Assembly (NCBI GenBank): GCA_026461395.1
Contig: JAPJNA010000049.1
Span: forward strand, 3,516-67,515
Length of the DNA stretch: 64,000 nt
Direction: 5' to 3'
From: Chthoniobacterales bacterium
GTDB taxonomy: Bacteria; Verrucomicrobiota; Verrucomicrobiia; Chthoniobacterales; UBA6821
This document shows, piece by piece, positions 46,833 through 56,927 of this stretch (position 1 is its first letter; each line of letters opens with the position of its first letter). The translations under genes and the position numbers were made by a program. The notes beneath the pieces are model-generated. The model had not been told where the DNA came from. It was given only the letters and a program-made list of their open reading frames with translations, and searched no databases.

Positions 46833-47480
46833 TCAGGGGGTAGCGGGCTTGTCGCCCTGACCTTGATCGACGATCATGGTGCGACTGGGTCCGATCGTGC
46901 GTGAGCGGCCCTTGGAGTTGAGAATCATCACCGTTGTGCCCTGGGTAGCGACCTGGTTGTTGATGCCTTGCTGGATCTGCGGCCACTCCTCCAGAGTCAC
47001 GTCGCCGGTCGCGGGATCGTAAGTCGCCTTGCCACACTTACCGACCGATTTCACGAGATCGCCGCGGTCGTTTTTCTTCTGCTGGATGACGATCACATTG
47101 CCCATGGCAATGACTTGCTGAAGTCCCCTGCGGTCAGGTCTGAGAACCACATGCAGCTTCTCACACGTGAGGTCGAACTGGGGGTCACGCACGATGACAT
47201 GCCCGATAAAGTCGGCGGAGTTGCTGGCATTCTCAAAATTGGCCCCGTCATCACTATCGATGATCGTGCGTGCGTTCTTGGGGCGCTCCTCATTCCCGGC
47301 CATTCCGAAGATACCATTCATGGGGCCCACTGGGGCACCTGCAACCGGTCCCACGGGCCCCGCTTCCTGTGCGTGCAACAAGGCCACTTGCCCAGCGGCA
47401 AGGATTCCCATGCCTATGAGAACAAAGGATATCCGAATGTGAGCGCGGAACAGATATAGGAATGAGCGTGGGAAGTTCAT
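46833..47480 (-). CDS. lptA: LptA/OstA-like periplasmic LPS transport protein
   Basis: Signal peptide, beta-rich F.G.V.V and A.GNV.V pattern; position between lptC-like and lptB. Confidence 0.7.
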   Translation of the reverse strand: MNFPRSFLYLFRAHIRISFVLIGMGILAAGQVALLHAQEAGPVGPVAGAPVGPMNGIFGMAGNEERPKNARTIIDSDDGANFENASNSADFIGHVIVRDPQFDLTCEKLHVVLRPDRRGLQQVIAMGNVIVIQQKKNDRGDLVKSVGKCGKATYDPATGDVTLEEWPQIQQGINNQVATQGTTVMILNSKGRSRTIGPSRTMIVDQGQGDKPATP

Positions 47481-48007
47481 GGTAGGTTGGCTGTTTCCCC
47501 ATTGCGGAAGGATGCATGGACCCGCCCCTTGAAAGTGCCAGATCGTGCGAGGGTGTCAAACTCCGCGCCCTGTCCTATGATCTCAAAATCCTCCCTGCGG
47601 ATTATCGTCTCCGTGTCGGCGACAAGCATCTTGGACTCCATATCGAGGATGCTATGGGGGATCTCCACAACAATGGTCTTCTCCTCCTTCTCATTGAACT
47701 CAATCTTGAGCTTCCCAAACTCGACCTGCTTTTCGTCCAGTTTGCGGGCCGTCTCAGCGATCAGGTTCATGGTCAACTTGCCGTTCTCATCATACTGCGG
47801 GATCTTGATCCCCTTGACCGGCTCACCCACCGGAATGGGGAGATCGATTTTCTGACCCTGGCCTTGCCCCTTTCCCTGTCCCTGTCCCTGTCCCTGTCCC
47901 ATCACTTTGGCGGCAACGGGTGAAGCGGTGGTGTTGCTTCCCAGGAAAGCCGAATCCGGCGCAGCGACCACGATTCCTGTCACCGATAGGAGCAGAACAA
48001 CCGGCAT
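47477..48007 (-). CDS. lptC: LptC-like protein with GQ repeat
   Basis: N-terminal hydrophobic anchor, beta-rich body, synteny kdsA-lptC-lptA-lptB; start uncertain. Confidence 0.6.
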   Translation of the reverse strand: MPVVLLLSVTGIVVAAPDSAFLGSNTTASPVAAKVMGQGQGQGQGKGQGQGQKIDLPIPVGEPVKGIKIPQYDENGKLTMNLIAETARKLDEKQVEFGKLKIEFNEKEEKTIVVEIPHSILDMESKMLVADTETIIRREDFEIIGQGAEFDTLARSGTFKGRVHASFRNGETANLP

Positions 48008-48026
48008 GAAGCCGAGAAACTTGGGA

Positions 48027-48896
48027 TCAGACAAGCGCACGGCGGATTGCGATGAGGGATTTGAGAAGGGCCGGGAGATGCGCGTGGGGAATCTGGTTCG
48101 GCCCGTCAGAGGGGGCCTTGGCAGGATTCTCATGGGTCTCGATAAAGATCCCATCGACCCCGGCGGCCATGGCGGCACGCGCCAGCACGGGAGCCAAATG
48201 CCCATCACCTGTTGTATGGCCGCCGCCGCCGCCCGGTCGCTGGACGGAGTGTGTGGCGTCGAAGATCACAGGGAAGCCCTGCTCACGGATCCAGTAGAGA
48301 GACCGCATGTCGGCGACCAGGTTGTTATAGCCGAAGGTCGTGCCGCGCTCGGTGAAACAGAAGCGCTTGCATCCCGCCGCCTTCAGCTTGCCGGCAATCG
48401 GGGCCAGATCCCATGGGGCAAGGAACTGTCCTTTCTTCACATTCACGGCGCGTCCTGCAGAAACCGCAGCCCTTGCAGCCGACTCGATCAAGTCGGTCTG
48501 ACGGCAGAGAAATGCGGGGATCTGCAGCAGATCGATGAAGTCAGCCGCGATCTCAGCCTCCTCGGGAGTATGAATATCGGTGGTTACAGGCACCCCGATT
48601 ACGTCACCAGCCTCGGCAAGCATCCGGCAGCCATCAAGAACCCCGACCCCGCGGTAGGAAGAGCCGGAGGTGCGGTTAGCCTTGTCATAGGAAGCCTTGA
48701 AGATGAACTGCACACCGAGATCATCACAGATCGTCTTGATCGTGCGTGCTGAGCGTAGAAGCGACCTCTCCCCTTCGATGACACAGGGCCCAAGAATGAA
48801 GAGCGGCTCCTTGCCACCAAGAGTCACGGAACCGATGGAGATCTCGTTTCCGGGGGATTTGGTAGTTTTGGCAGGAGTCTTTTTCCGGGATGGCAT
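48027..48896 (-). CDS. kdsA: KDO8P synthase
   Basis: GPCVIE, KASYDKANRT, QIPAFLCRQT, KKGQF, DATHSVQ, ETH, SDGP. Confidence 0.97.
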   Translation of the reverse strand: MPSRKKTPAKTTKSPGNEISIGSVTLGGKEPLFILGPCVIEGERSLLRSARTIKTICDDLGVQFIFKASYDKANRTSGSSYRGVGVLDGCRMLAEAGDVIGVPVTTDIHTPEEAEIAADFIDLLQIPAFLCRQTDLIESAARAAVSAGRAVNVKKGQFLAPWDLAPIAGKLKAAGCKRFCFTERGTTFGYNNLVADMRSLYWIREQGFPVIFDATHSVQRPGGGGGHTTGDGHLAPVLARAAMAAGVDGIFIETHENPAKAPSDGPNQIPHAHLPALLKSLIAIRRALV

Positions 48897-48997
48897 GGAT
48901 CTATGACCTTATCCCCTGTAAGGCAGGCTGGTCACGAGGATTGTGCAGGATAGTAGTTCCCTAAGGCTAAGGAATTTCTGACGAGGGCGCTTTTTTT

Positions 48998-49888
48998 TCA
49001 ATGAAATTGCGCCCATTGCATCAACCGTTCCGCATCGTCGAAGATATACCGAGCACGACTTCCGAGCTGGACTAGAATGAAGTCGCGCCCCCCCTTGCTA
49101 TAACTGGTGATCAGACACTTGCCTGCTGATTCGGTAAACCCGGTCTTCATCCCATTGCAGTGGAAGTCGCGCAAGAGGAGCTTGTTCGTGGGGTCGAGAT
49201 TGCAGAGGCGGCCATTAGCATAGCGGAAGCGGTAGGATCTCAACGCCATGGCATCGCGAAGGTCCGGATTACGATAGGCCCGGAAGGCGATGCGCGCCAT
49301 ATCTCGCGCGGTCGAGTGCTGTGAGGCCGGCAGTCCGTGAGGATTCACGAAATGGGAACAAGTGGCCCCGCAGCGCTCGGCCAAGCCATTCATCTCCCCG
49401 GCAAAGCCACTAAGGCTTCCGGCATGGGAACGGGCGAGCGCGGCGGCGCAATCGTTCGCGCTATGGACCAGCATGGCACTCAGGAGCTGGCGGCGGGGAT
49501 AGCTCTCACCAGCCCGGATCCCGACCTTTGTCGGCTCTACCGCCGCATCCTCTCGGGCGACGCGGACCGGGGCGTCGAGCGGATCCTGTTCGGCGACAAT
49601 CAGGGCTGTCACGAGCTTCTGAGTGCTGGCCACCTGACGCGGTTCATCGGCATTCTTCTGGTAGAGCGTCCGGCCGGTTCGGGCGTCGATGAGAATCGCC
49701 GAGACGGCATGAATCGGCGGGGCATCCGCGGGCCAGACTGATCGAGCGGCATCAGGGGCAACCACAACAGGTTTGCTCGAAGCAGACCTGCGCTCTAATT
49801 GCTCGGATTGTTGGGGTTGTTGAGAATCGTCCAGAGCACATCCGGAAAGCAGAATGAAGAGCAGGGGCAAAAATCGGCGTCGTGACAT
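48998..49888 (-). CDS. D-Ala-D-Ala carboxypeptidase (S11), lipoprotein
   Basis: STQK, SAN, KTG motifs, NPHGL; leader ending LSGC; start ATG 49888. Confidence 0.88.
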   Translation of the reverse strand: MSRRRFLPLLFILLSGCALDDSQQPQQSEQLERRSASSKPVVVAPDAARSVWPADAPPIHAVSAILIDARTGRTLYQKNADEPRQVASTQKLVTALIVAEQDPLDAPVRVAREDAAVEPTKVGIRAGESYPRRQLLSAMLVHSANDCAAALARSHAGSLSGFAGEMNGLAERCGATCSHFVNPHGLPASQHSTARDMARIAFRAYRNPDLRDAMALRSYRFRYANGRLCNLDPTNKLLLRDFHCNGMKTGFTESAGKCLITSYSKGGRDFILVQLGSRARYIFDDAERLMQWAQFH

Positions 49889-50009
49889 CACTCTTCCGTA
49901 ACTGCAAAACCGCCACGGGCAAGTCAAACTATCAAAACTATCCTTTCCCTACCCTTCCGGACTTGACCGGAAGCCCGGCACGGAGCGAACTGCTCTTTGT
50001 TTTACTTTC

Positions 50010-50705
50010 ATGAATTTCCCAATTCCGAAAAGCTCTCAGCTGAAGATATTATTCTTCCTACTGATCGCAATTACTGCGATTGCCGGGTCTTTCCTGCTGG
50101 ATGATCCAGCCTCCAAATTGTTGAAGGCTCTCAATCACGAGCACTGGAAACACAAACCCGTAGCGGAGCTGCTAAGCCGCTACGGCGACTGGCCCGAGCT
50201 AATGATGCTTGGTGGCATTGGTTTCCTGGTGGCCTGGCGTCTACGAAATGTCCGTTGGCAACGTATGATCCTCGCGGCAATGATTGCCTCCACGTTAGCG
50301 GGTATGACGGTAAATCTCTCGCGCCTGACCACCGGCAGGACTCGCCCCAGGGCTGTTGCGGAACAGGGGTGGTATGGACTTAAAAACGGTGAAAAATGGC
50401 TGATTGGGCAAGCCGACTTCAACAGCTTCCCCTCGGGTCATACGGCGACCGCCATCGGTTTCGCGGGAGTTTTCCTCTTTGCTGCCCCGGAGTGGGGCTT
50501 GCTAGCCATCATTGTGGCTGCTGCCATTGCGATTTCCCGCATTCTGCTGGGCGCCCACCACCCGTCGGATGTGATCACTGCCTCAACCGTGGCCTTGGGT
50601 ATCGCCTGGCTGGTCTGGGAATTCCTCGGCCGTCGAGGCCGGGTTGATGGAGCGATCCGTTACCCAAAGATCTCAATCAAGCGGGAAAGGTCATCAGTGA
50701 GCTGA
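50010..50705 (+). CDS. PAP2-family membrane phosphatase
   Basis: R..GR.RP, SFPSGH, SRI..G.HH.SD; 3' end overlaps apt by 29 nt. Confidence 0.88.
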   Translation: MNFPIPKSSQLKILFFLLIAITAIAGSFLLDDPASKLLKALNHEHWKHKPVAELLSRYGDWPELMMLGGIGFLVAWRLRNVRWQRMILAAMIASTLAGMTVNLSRLTTGRTRPRAVAEQGWYGLKNGEKWLIGQADFNSFPSGHTATAIGFAGVFLFAAPEWGLLAIIVAAAIAISRILLGAHHPSDVITASTVALGIAWLVWEFLGRRGRVDGAIRYPKISIKRERSSVS

Positions 50706-51204
50706 ACTCGGTAGGTGCCAAACGCTCACGGCCTCCAAGACCCGTGAGTTCCAAGACAAAGAGCACTTTCAACACGCGAGCTCCGAGCTTTTCCACAAGT
50801 TGAATCGCCGCCCCGGCGGTACCGCCGGTCGCGAGAAGATCATCGACAATGATCACGGAATCAAGAGACGTAAGGCTGTCCTCATGAATCTCGAACTCCG
50901 CTGCGCCATACTCCAGCTCGTAGGATTGGGAAAGAGTTCGGAAGGGGAGTTTTCCTTTCTTTCGAATCGGCACAAAGCCTGTCCCCAGCTTGTAGGCCAA
51001 TGCTCCGCCAAAGATGAATCCCCTGGCATCGAGCCCTATAATTTTCGAGGGAGTGCTTCTACCACACTCCGTCGCCAGCAAGTCGATGGTGCGATGAAAA
51101 AGTTCCCCACTCTCCAGAAGCGGTGAGATGTCGCGAAAGAGAATGCCCGGCTTTGGAAAATTGGGGATCGAGCGGATCGCGCTTCGGAGATCGTCGGATT
51201 GCAT
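50677..51204 (-). CDS. apt: Adenine phosphoribosyltransferase
   Basis: PNFPKPGI.FRDI, DARGF, LEYG, VDDLLATGGT. Confidence 0.96.
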   Translation of the reverse strand: MQSDDLRSAIRSIPNFPKPGILFRDISPLLESGELFHRTIDLLATECGRSTPSKIIGLDARGFIFGGALAYKLGTGFVPIRKKGKLPFRTLSQSYELEYGAAEFEIHEDSLTSLDSVIIVDDLLATGGTAGAAIQLVEKLGARVLKVLFVLELTGLGGRERLAPTEFSSLMTFPA

Positions 51205-51224
51205 TCGCAGGTTAATAGAGAATC

Positions 51225-52307
51225 CTAGTCCCCGAAACTGATTCCTAAGGCGCGGGCTGTCCCCACGAGCTGGCAGTCGGGAGAAACCTTTTTCAGATGA
51301 TGAATAGCCTCAGCGATCGGCACGTCGAGCACCTCGTAATTCTGGTAACTCACCATGGTCCCAAAACGTTCCTCCCGAGCTAGCTGGACAGCCTTCACGC
51401 CGAAGCTAATGCCCAGGATGCGGTCCAATGTCGTGGGGTCGCCACCACGCTGCAGATGGCCGAGCACGCAGACGCGGGTCTCCTTTTTACTGCGCGCCTC
51501 GACTTCCTGGGCAATCATTTCCCCAATACCTCCGAGTCTCCATTCGCCGCTCGCGGACTGCTTGCGAAACTGCTGGCCATGAGAGGTGCGCGCCCCTTCG
51601 GCCACCACGATCATGGTACTCTTGAATCCCGCTTCATCACGTTTCTGGACCACCTCGGCGACTTTCTCCAGAGAGAAGGGGATCTCCGGGATCAGGATGA
51701 TGTCGGCGGCTCCCGCGAGGCCTCCCCAGAGAGCGATCCATCCGGCATGGCGCCCCATCACCTGGACGACGATGGCACGCTTGTGACTAGCTGCCGTGGT
51801 GTGAAGCCTGTCGAGCGCGTCGGTGACGCAAGCCACGGCGGAGTCGAAGCCGAAGGTCATCGCCGTGGCCTCGAGATCGTTGTCGATTGTTTTTGGCACG
51901 CCGATCATGGGGAAGCCGGCACGGTAGAGCTGCAAGGCCGTGCTCATCGAGCCGTCCCCGCCGATGGCAATGATGGCCGAGAGATCCAGCTTGCGGCAGG
52001 TCTTGGAAGCCTTGGCGATCACCTCCTCGGGAATCATCGAACGCTCGCCCCCGGCAATCTTGGAAGTGAAATGTCCCTTGTTGGTGGTCCCGAGGATTGT
52101 TCCACCCACCTGCATGATACCGGCTGTGTTCTCGCGATTCAGCACCATGGTATCTCCCCCTTCGACCAGCATCCCTTCGAAGCCGTCACGTAAACCGAGA
52201 ACCTCCCAGCCCAACTCCGTGGCTGCGGAATAGACTCCGCGCAGGACCGCGTTCAGGCCGGGACAGTCGCCCCCGCTGGTGAGGACGCCGATGCGCTTTG
52301 GGGACAT
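51225..52307 (-). CDS. pfkA: 6-phosphofructokinase (PfkA family)
   Basis: GGDCPG, GGTILGT, GGDGS, PKTIDND, MGRHAG, GHLQRGG. Confidence 0.93.
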   Translation of the reverse strand: MSPKRIGVLTSGGDCPGLNAVLRGVYSAATELGWEVLGLRDGFEGMLVEGGDTMVLNRENTAGIMQVGGTILGTTNKGHFTSKIAGGERSMIPEEVIAKASKTCRKLDLSAIIAIGGDGSMSTALQLYRAGFPMIGVPKTIDNDLEATAMTFGFDSAVACVTDALDRLHTTAASHKRAIVVQVMGRHAGWIALWGGLAGAADIILIPEIPFSLEKVAEVVQKRDEAGFKSTMIVVAEGARTSHGQQFRKQSASGEWRLGGIGEMIAQEVEARSKKETRVCVLGHLQRGGDPTTLDRILGISFGVKAVQLAREERFGTMVSYQNYEVLDVPIAEAIHHLKKVSPDCQLVGTARALGISFGD

Positions 52308-52312
52308 CAGAT

Positions 52313-53230
52313 TTAAAGGCAGTTGGAAGACTTGGCCGGACGGCCCTTACCGGCCCAGTTGTTGTAGAGTGCCCAGCCTCGTTGGATAAGGCCCAGCCCT
52401 TCCTGCTCGCGGTTAGTCCCACCCAGCAGAACGACGATAATGCGGCGGGGAGTCGTCAGGATGGTGTCACCCTGATGAACCACGTCGGGTGTATGCTCGG
52501 AAGTCAGGATGATGCAGTCGCCAGCACTCGAGGTACGGCCGGTCTTCACCCCGTCGATGTGGTCGGTGCCGAGGAGCTTGTTGGTGTTGGTGATCTGATA
52601 GGCGAGATTTGTTGCGCCGCGCTGGATATGGATCTCACGTGAGGTCTGGGAGACATAGAACGCGAGACCCGATTTGGAATAGCCATACCGAGTGAGCCTC
52701 GCCAGATCAGCGGCGCTGGAGTAGGGACGGGCTTGGCCTTCGGGGGTGTCCAGACCATGGGGATTCAGGAAGAGGGTGTGCCTCATCCCGAGCTGACGGG
52801 CGAGTGCATTCATGTTGGCCACCGTGTTGCCCGCAGGATCAAGGCCAGTGGGATTAGGCAGGTTACGACCGATATGATCGGCCAGCGTGACAGCCGCCAC
52901 ATTGTCGGAAGCCAGTAGAGAGCAATAGAGTAGATCGCGGAGCGTCAGGACATCTCCGACCTGGAGACCGAGAGGATTGATCCCGCCGGTAGAAGTGATG
53001 GCCTGCTCGGGAACAATGGCGGTTTCATCCAGGTTCCCTTTCTTGATCTGGGACCAGTCGATGATCACCATCGCAAGCGCCAATTTCGTCAGGCTGGCGG
53101 TTGGCAGCTTCCTGTTCTCACCGATACCCTCCAGGATCCGCCCAGTCTGATTATCGACGATAATCGAGCTCTCGGAGCGGAGAACGCCGACCATCATGGC
53201 CATGAGGAGAATGAGTCGAAGCGCTTGCAT
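52313..53230 (-). CDS. D-Ala-D-Ala carboxypeptidase (S11), second paralogue
   Basis: SLTK, SDN, KTG motifs, NPHGL; start ATG 53230. Confidence 0.87.
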   Translation of the reverse strand: MQALRLILLMAMMVGVLRSESSIIVDNQTGRILEGIGENRKLPTASLTKLALAMVIIDWSQIKKGNLDETAIVPEQAITSTGGINPLGLQVGDVLTLRDLLYCSLLASDNVAAVTLADHIGRNLPNPTGLDPAGNTVANMNALARQLGMRHTLFLNPHGLDTPEGQARPYSSAADLARLTRYGYSKSGLAFYVSQTSREIHIQRGATNLAYQITNTNKLLGTDHIDGVKTGRTSSAGDCIILTSEHTPDVVHQGDTILTTPRRIIVVLLGGTNREQEGLGLIQRGWALYNNWAGKGRPAKSSNCL

Positions 53231-53311
53231 GAGATGAGGATTGTAGCAGGTTAGAGAAATTTTCAAACCCCGATGTCGTGCGGTTTGATAAGTCCCTCAG
53301 CCCCTCAGTGC

Positions 53312-54022
53312 CTATGTCCCACGGGTGTTGCCAAAAAGTTCTATGTGAATTCGTGGCGCAAAACGGAATCCATGTTCGAGACACATCTCGGCAATCACTG
53401 GCCCTTTCTGACGCAGGGTCTCGACATCGGTTCCTTCGGGCATGAGCAGGACACGATCTCGGGTGAATCCAGGAACAGCTCCCACCTCATTGAGCAACTC
53501 TTCGATTTCCGGGAGATCCTCGACTTGAGAAACGACGAACTTCAGCTGGCACGGACCGGCCTCCAACCACTTGCGGATCACATCCGGCTGGAGTCTGGTC
53601 TTCTCATGGCGCTCTTTCCAAGGACCGGCGACTTCCGCATCAGGAGTGGAGTTAGCAAGCTTGGGACTCAAAGAGCCTAAATCAAACACCACTCCCATTC
53701 CGTCGACATCGGGAGGAATTGTCGCTGCGGTTTCAATTGTGATGTGCATTCCCGCTGAGCGCAACGCGGTGGTCAGTTCCCGGATGCCTGATGCCACCAT
53801 CGGCTCCCCGCCGGTGAGTACGACATGCTGGCTGTCATAGCTTCGAACCTGCCGAAGGATCTCCTCCAAGCTCATCTCCTCTCCCTCGGGATTCCACGAG
53901 GCATAAGGGGTATCACACCAGAGACAGCGCAGATTGCAGCCGGATGTACGCACAAAGACGGAGGGGACACCCAACATCAAGCCCTCTCCCTGAATCGAGT
54001 GGAAGATCTCCGAGATTCTCAT
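53312..54022 (-). CDS. queE: 7-carboxy-7-deazaguanine synthase (radical SAM)
   Basis: SIQGEG, CNLRCLWCDT, TGGEP, LSPK. Confidence 0.93.
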   Translation of the reverse strand: MRISEIFHSIQGEGLMLGVPSVFVRTSGCNLRCLWCDTPYASWNPEGEEMSLEEILRQVRSYDSQHVVLTGGEPMVASGIRELTTALRSAGMHITIETAATIPPDVDGMGVVFDLGSLSPKLANSTPDAEVAGPWKERHEKTRLQPDVIRKWLEAGPCQLKFVVSQVEDLPEIEELLNEVGAVPGFTRDRVLLMPEGTDVETLRQKGPVIAEMCLEHGFRFAPRIHIELFGNTRGT

Positions 54023-54708
54023 GGGTACAAGGGTTTTGGAGGGAGCGGTTCCGTGGAAGCATAAATTGTCGGATCCGGAACTCCGGCCAACAGGAAAGCT
54101 TCTCGCCGTTCCACACAGGTGCCGCAGGTGCCGCAGTGCACCTCATCGCCCTTGTAGCAGGACCAGGTATGGGAGAAGTCGACACCGAGTTCTGCTCCCT
54201 GCCGTACGATCCACGCCTTATCCTTGGCAATGAAGGGCCTGAGCAGCTCAATCCGTGCATAGGTTCCCTCGCGGATCGCCCGTGCCATAGGTTCCATAAA
54301 CGACTCCCGGCAGTCTGGATAAATGGCATGATCCCCGGCATGAGTTGCAATCACGACTCCCTCTGCTCCCCGACTTTCGGCAAATCCGGCGGTGATCGCG
54401 AGCATGATGCCGTTGCGGAAAGGGACGACCGTACTCTTCATCGATTCCTCCTCGTAGTGGCCGTCCGGAATAGTTCCTCCGCTACTCAGGAGATCGGACC
54501 GGAATTCCTCTGCGACGAATCCAAGCGGTGCAATGCTGTGTGGGATGCCGAGCAGGTTGCATTGCCAAGCCGCCATTGGCAGCTCACGGGCGTGATGTTT
54601 CGCCCCGTAGTCAAAACTGAGCGCAGCCACCACCTCATGTTGTTGCAAGGAATCATGCAGGGCTGTGACCGAATCGAGTCCGCCACTCACCAGGACGACG
54701 ACCTTCAC
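54019..54708 (-). CDS. queC: 7-cyano-7-deazaguanine synthase
   Basis: SGGLDS, VPFRN, YPDCR, TWSCY, CGTCGTCVER. Confidence 0.96.
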   Translation of the reverse strand: MKVVVLVSGGLDSVTALHDSLQQHEVVAALSFDYGAKHHARELPMAAWQCNLLGIPHSIAPLGFVAEEFRSDLLSSGGTIPDGHYEEESMKSTVVPFRNGIMLAITAGFAESRGAEGVVIATHAGDHAIYPDCRESFMEPMARAIREGTYARIELLRPFIAKDKAWIVRQGAELGVDFSHTWSCYKGDEVHCGTCGTCVERREAFLLAGVPDPTIYASTEPLPPKPLYP

Positions 54709-55154
54709 CGGCGCCCTGTCTTCGCTTTCGAGCCTTCGTAGGTCGCCTCCACGCGGATGCCGATGCCACCCCGCGGAAAGAAATCCCCAATTACCATGGC
54801 CCGACGAGGCGAGATCGCCCGGACAATGTCATCCAGGATCCTGTTAGTGATTCCTTCCGCAAAGACCGCCTGGTTGCGGTAGGCACCCAGATACTGCTTG
54901 AGCGATTTGCTCTCGATACAGCGACGATCGGGAGTGTAGCGGATAATGATCTCGGCAAAATCAGGCTGGCCTGTGACGGGACAATGGGAGGTGAATTCCT
55001 GAGTGGAAAACGTCACCTCGTAATCGCGCATGGAAGGGCTTTCAAAGGTTTCCAGAACGGCTTCTTCCGGTGAAGAGAGCTGCTGAAGAGGGCCGCCACC
55101 CAGGAGGGTTAGGTTACGGGTGTCCGACTGCGGTTTGGATTGTTTTTTTCCCAT
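54705..55154 (-). CDS. queF: preQ0 reductase, unimodular
   Basis: CPVTGQPDFA, ESKSLK, PRGGI. Confidence 0.92.
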   Translation of the reverse strand: MGKKQSKPQSDTRNLTLLGGGPLQQLSSPEEAVLETFESPSMRDYEVTFSTQEFTSHCPVTGQPDFAEIIIRYTPDRRCIESKSLKQYLGAYRNQAVFAEGITNRILDDIVRAISPRRAMVIGDFFPRGGIGIRVEATYEGSKAKTGRR

Positions 55155-55529
55155 ACCAAGATGCTTTCCGAGCGAGCATCATCCGCCAAGCCAGAAGTCT
55201 TGTCCATTGGGTTCCACCATGGGTCTTCTCCTTTGATCTCTACCTTCAGGGATGTCTTGTGAATAAGTTGTGTGTAGTGGCTTTAGGCGGCCCTCGGGAA
55301 TCCGTGGAACAGGCCGCTTTAATGAGATCGGCGGGCGGCTTTCACCTATTCGAATCACACTTCATGGCGTGGAACATTCTCTGATCGCGGTCTGATCAGC
55401 TGTTTTTCTATGACGATTCCGTAACATGCCATCAAATCAGGCTCTAAAGGCTATCGACTCAAGAAACCCAGAGGAGAAACTCTGTGAATAACCTGAGATA
55501 CTTCTATCAAGAACGACGAAAAGACACCC

Positions 55530-56927
55530 TCAAGCCAGCGCCGCCAGTAGCTTGACATGAAGGCCATCGAAGGCACCGTTGCTCAAGACCACAAGCACAT
55601 CCCCTTTTTGGAGCTGAGGACGGAGTTTCTCAATAATCCGGTCCGCTGAAGGCTCATGGAAGGAGGGCTTCCCGAGTTGCTGGAGATCGGCGACCAGGCG
55701 CTCGGCATCAAGCCGTTCCGTGGAAGCCAAATCAGCCGCACGGTTCACCTCTCCGATGACCACGCCATGCGCGGCGGCGAAAGCCTTGGGGAACTCCTCC
55801 TGAAAGATGGAACGTCGTGTCGTGTTCGAGCGCGGCTCGAAGAGAGCCCACAGGCGCGAACCAGCATACTGATGAGCGAGTCCCTCAAGGGTCTGACGAA
55901 TGGCCGTGGGATGATGACCGAAGTCATCGATGATGGTGATGCCGCCGACCACGCCGCGCACTTCCTGACGTCGCTTGATCCCCTGAAATGCGAGCAGGGC
56001 TTCACGGATCACCTTGGTGGAAACTCCGTAGAAGTGTGCCGCAGAGACAGCCATCGCGGCGTTGCGGATATTGAATTCCCCTGACATGGGGATCTCGAAC
56101 TTCTCGCCGAAGAGTTCGAAGCCGCTGCGTCCATCCTTCTGCCACGGATGCAGGATGCGGTTTCCGGCGTTTTCTGAAAACCCGACCTCGACGATCGGTG
56201 CCTGGCAGTTCTGCGACACATCGATGCAGTTCTGATCATCGCCGTTGATCAAGATCAGGCCTTCCGAAGGGACCACATTGAGCAGCCTGCGAAAACTTAG
56301 TTTTATCGCCTCCAGATTGTCGAAGATGTCGGCGTGGTCGAACTCGATGTTATTCACCACAACCAGCTCCGGGAGATAGTGAAGGAATTTTGAGCGCTTG
56401 TCGAAAAAGGCTGTGTCGTATTCATCTCCCTCGATGACGAAATGCCGGGAGTTAGAAGGATCTCGGAGACAGGCCCCCTGGCCAAGATTTGCCGGCAAGC
56501 CGCCTATCAGATAGGAGGGATTCAGGCCCGCGTGTTCCATGATCCAAGCCGCGATCGCAGTTGTGGTGGTCTTCCCGTGGGTCCCGGTGACGACGATATT
56601 GTGGCGACCGCGGAGGAAATGGGATCGGAGCACTTCGGGCAGAGAGACGTAGTTCAACTTGCGGTTAAGGACCGCCTCGACCTCGGGATTGCCGCGAGAT
56701 ATGGCGTTGCCGACAACGATAAGCGTCTCCTCCTTGGGAAGGTTTTCCGGACGGAAGCCGGCAGAAACATCAATTCCACGCGCAGCGAGGAAGTCGCTCA
56801 TAGGCGGATAGGCCTGGTTGTCCGAGCCCGTCACGATCCATCCCTGTTCCTTCATGCCGACGGCAACAGCGCCCATCGCAGTGCCGCAGATACCGAGGAA
56901 GTGAACTCGGCGCGTTGCGTCGGTCAT
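55530..56927 (-). CDS. mpl: Murein tripeptide ligase
   Basis: HFLGICGTAMG, GTHGKTTT, EGDEYDTAFFDKRSKF, DDFGHHPTA, FEPRSNT. Confidence 0.93.
   Translation of the reverse strand: MTDATRRVHFLGICGTAMGAVAVGMKEQGWIVTGSDNQAYPPMSDFLAARGIDVSAGFRPENLPKEETLIVVGNAISRGNPEVEAVLNRKLNYVSLPEVLRSHFLRGRHNIVVTGTHGKTTTTAIAAWIMEHAGLNPSYLIGGLPANLGQGACLRDPSNSRHFVIEGDEYDTAFFDKRSKFLHYLPELVVVNNIEFDHADIFDNLEAIKLSFRRLLNVVPSEGLILINGDDQNCIDVSQNCQAPIVEVGFSENAGNRILHPWQKDGRSGFELFGEKFEIPMSGEFNIRNAAMAVSAAHFYGVSTKVIREALLAFQGIKRRQEVRGVVGGITIIDDFGHHPTAIRQTLEGLAHQYAGSRLWALFEPRSNTTRRSIFQEEFPKAFAAAHGVVIGEVNRAADLASTERLDAERLVADLQQLGKPSFHEPSADRIIEKLRPQLQKGDVLVVLSNGAFDGLHVKLLAALA

Noticed and set aside
48998-53230. Two S11 carboxypeptidase paralogues 2.4 kb apart
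   Set aside because: Both have ordinary SxxK/SxN/KTG motifs; paralogy is common and nothing else links them.
55155-55300. preQ1 riboswitch upstream of queF
   Set aside because: No preQ1-I stem-loop with A-rich tail or preQ1-II pattern recognised on the minus strand.
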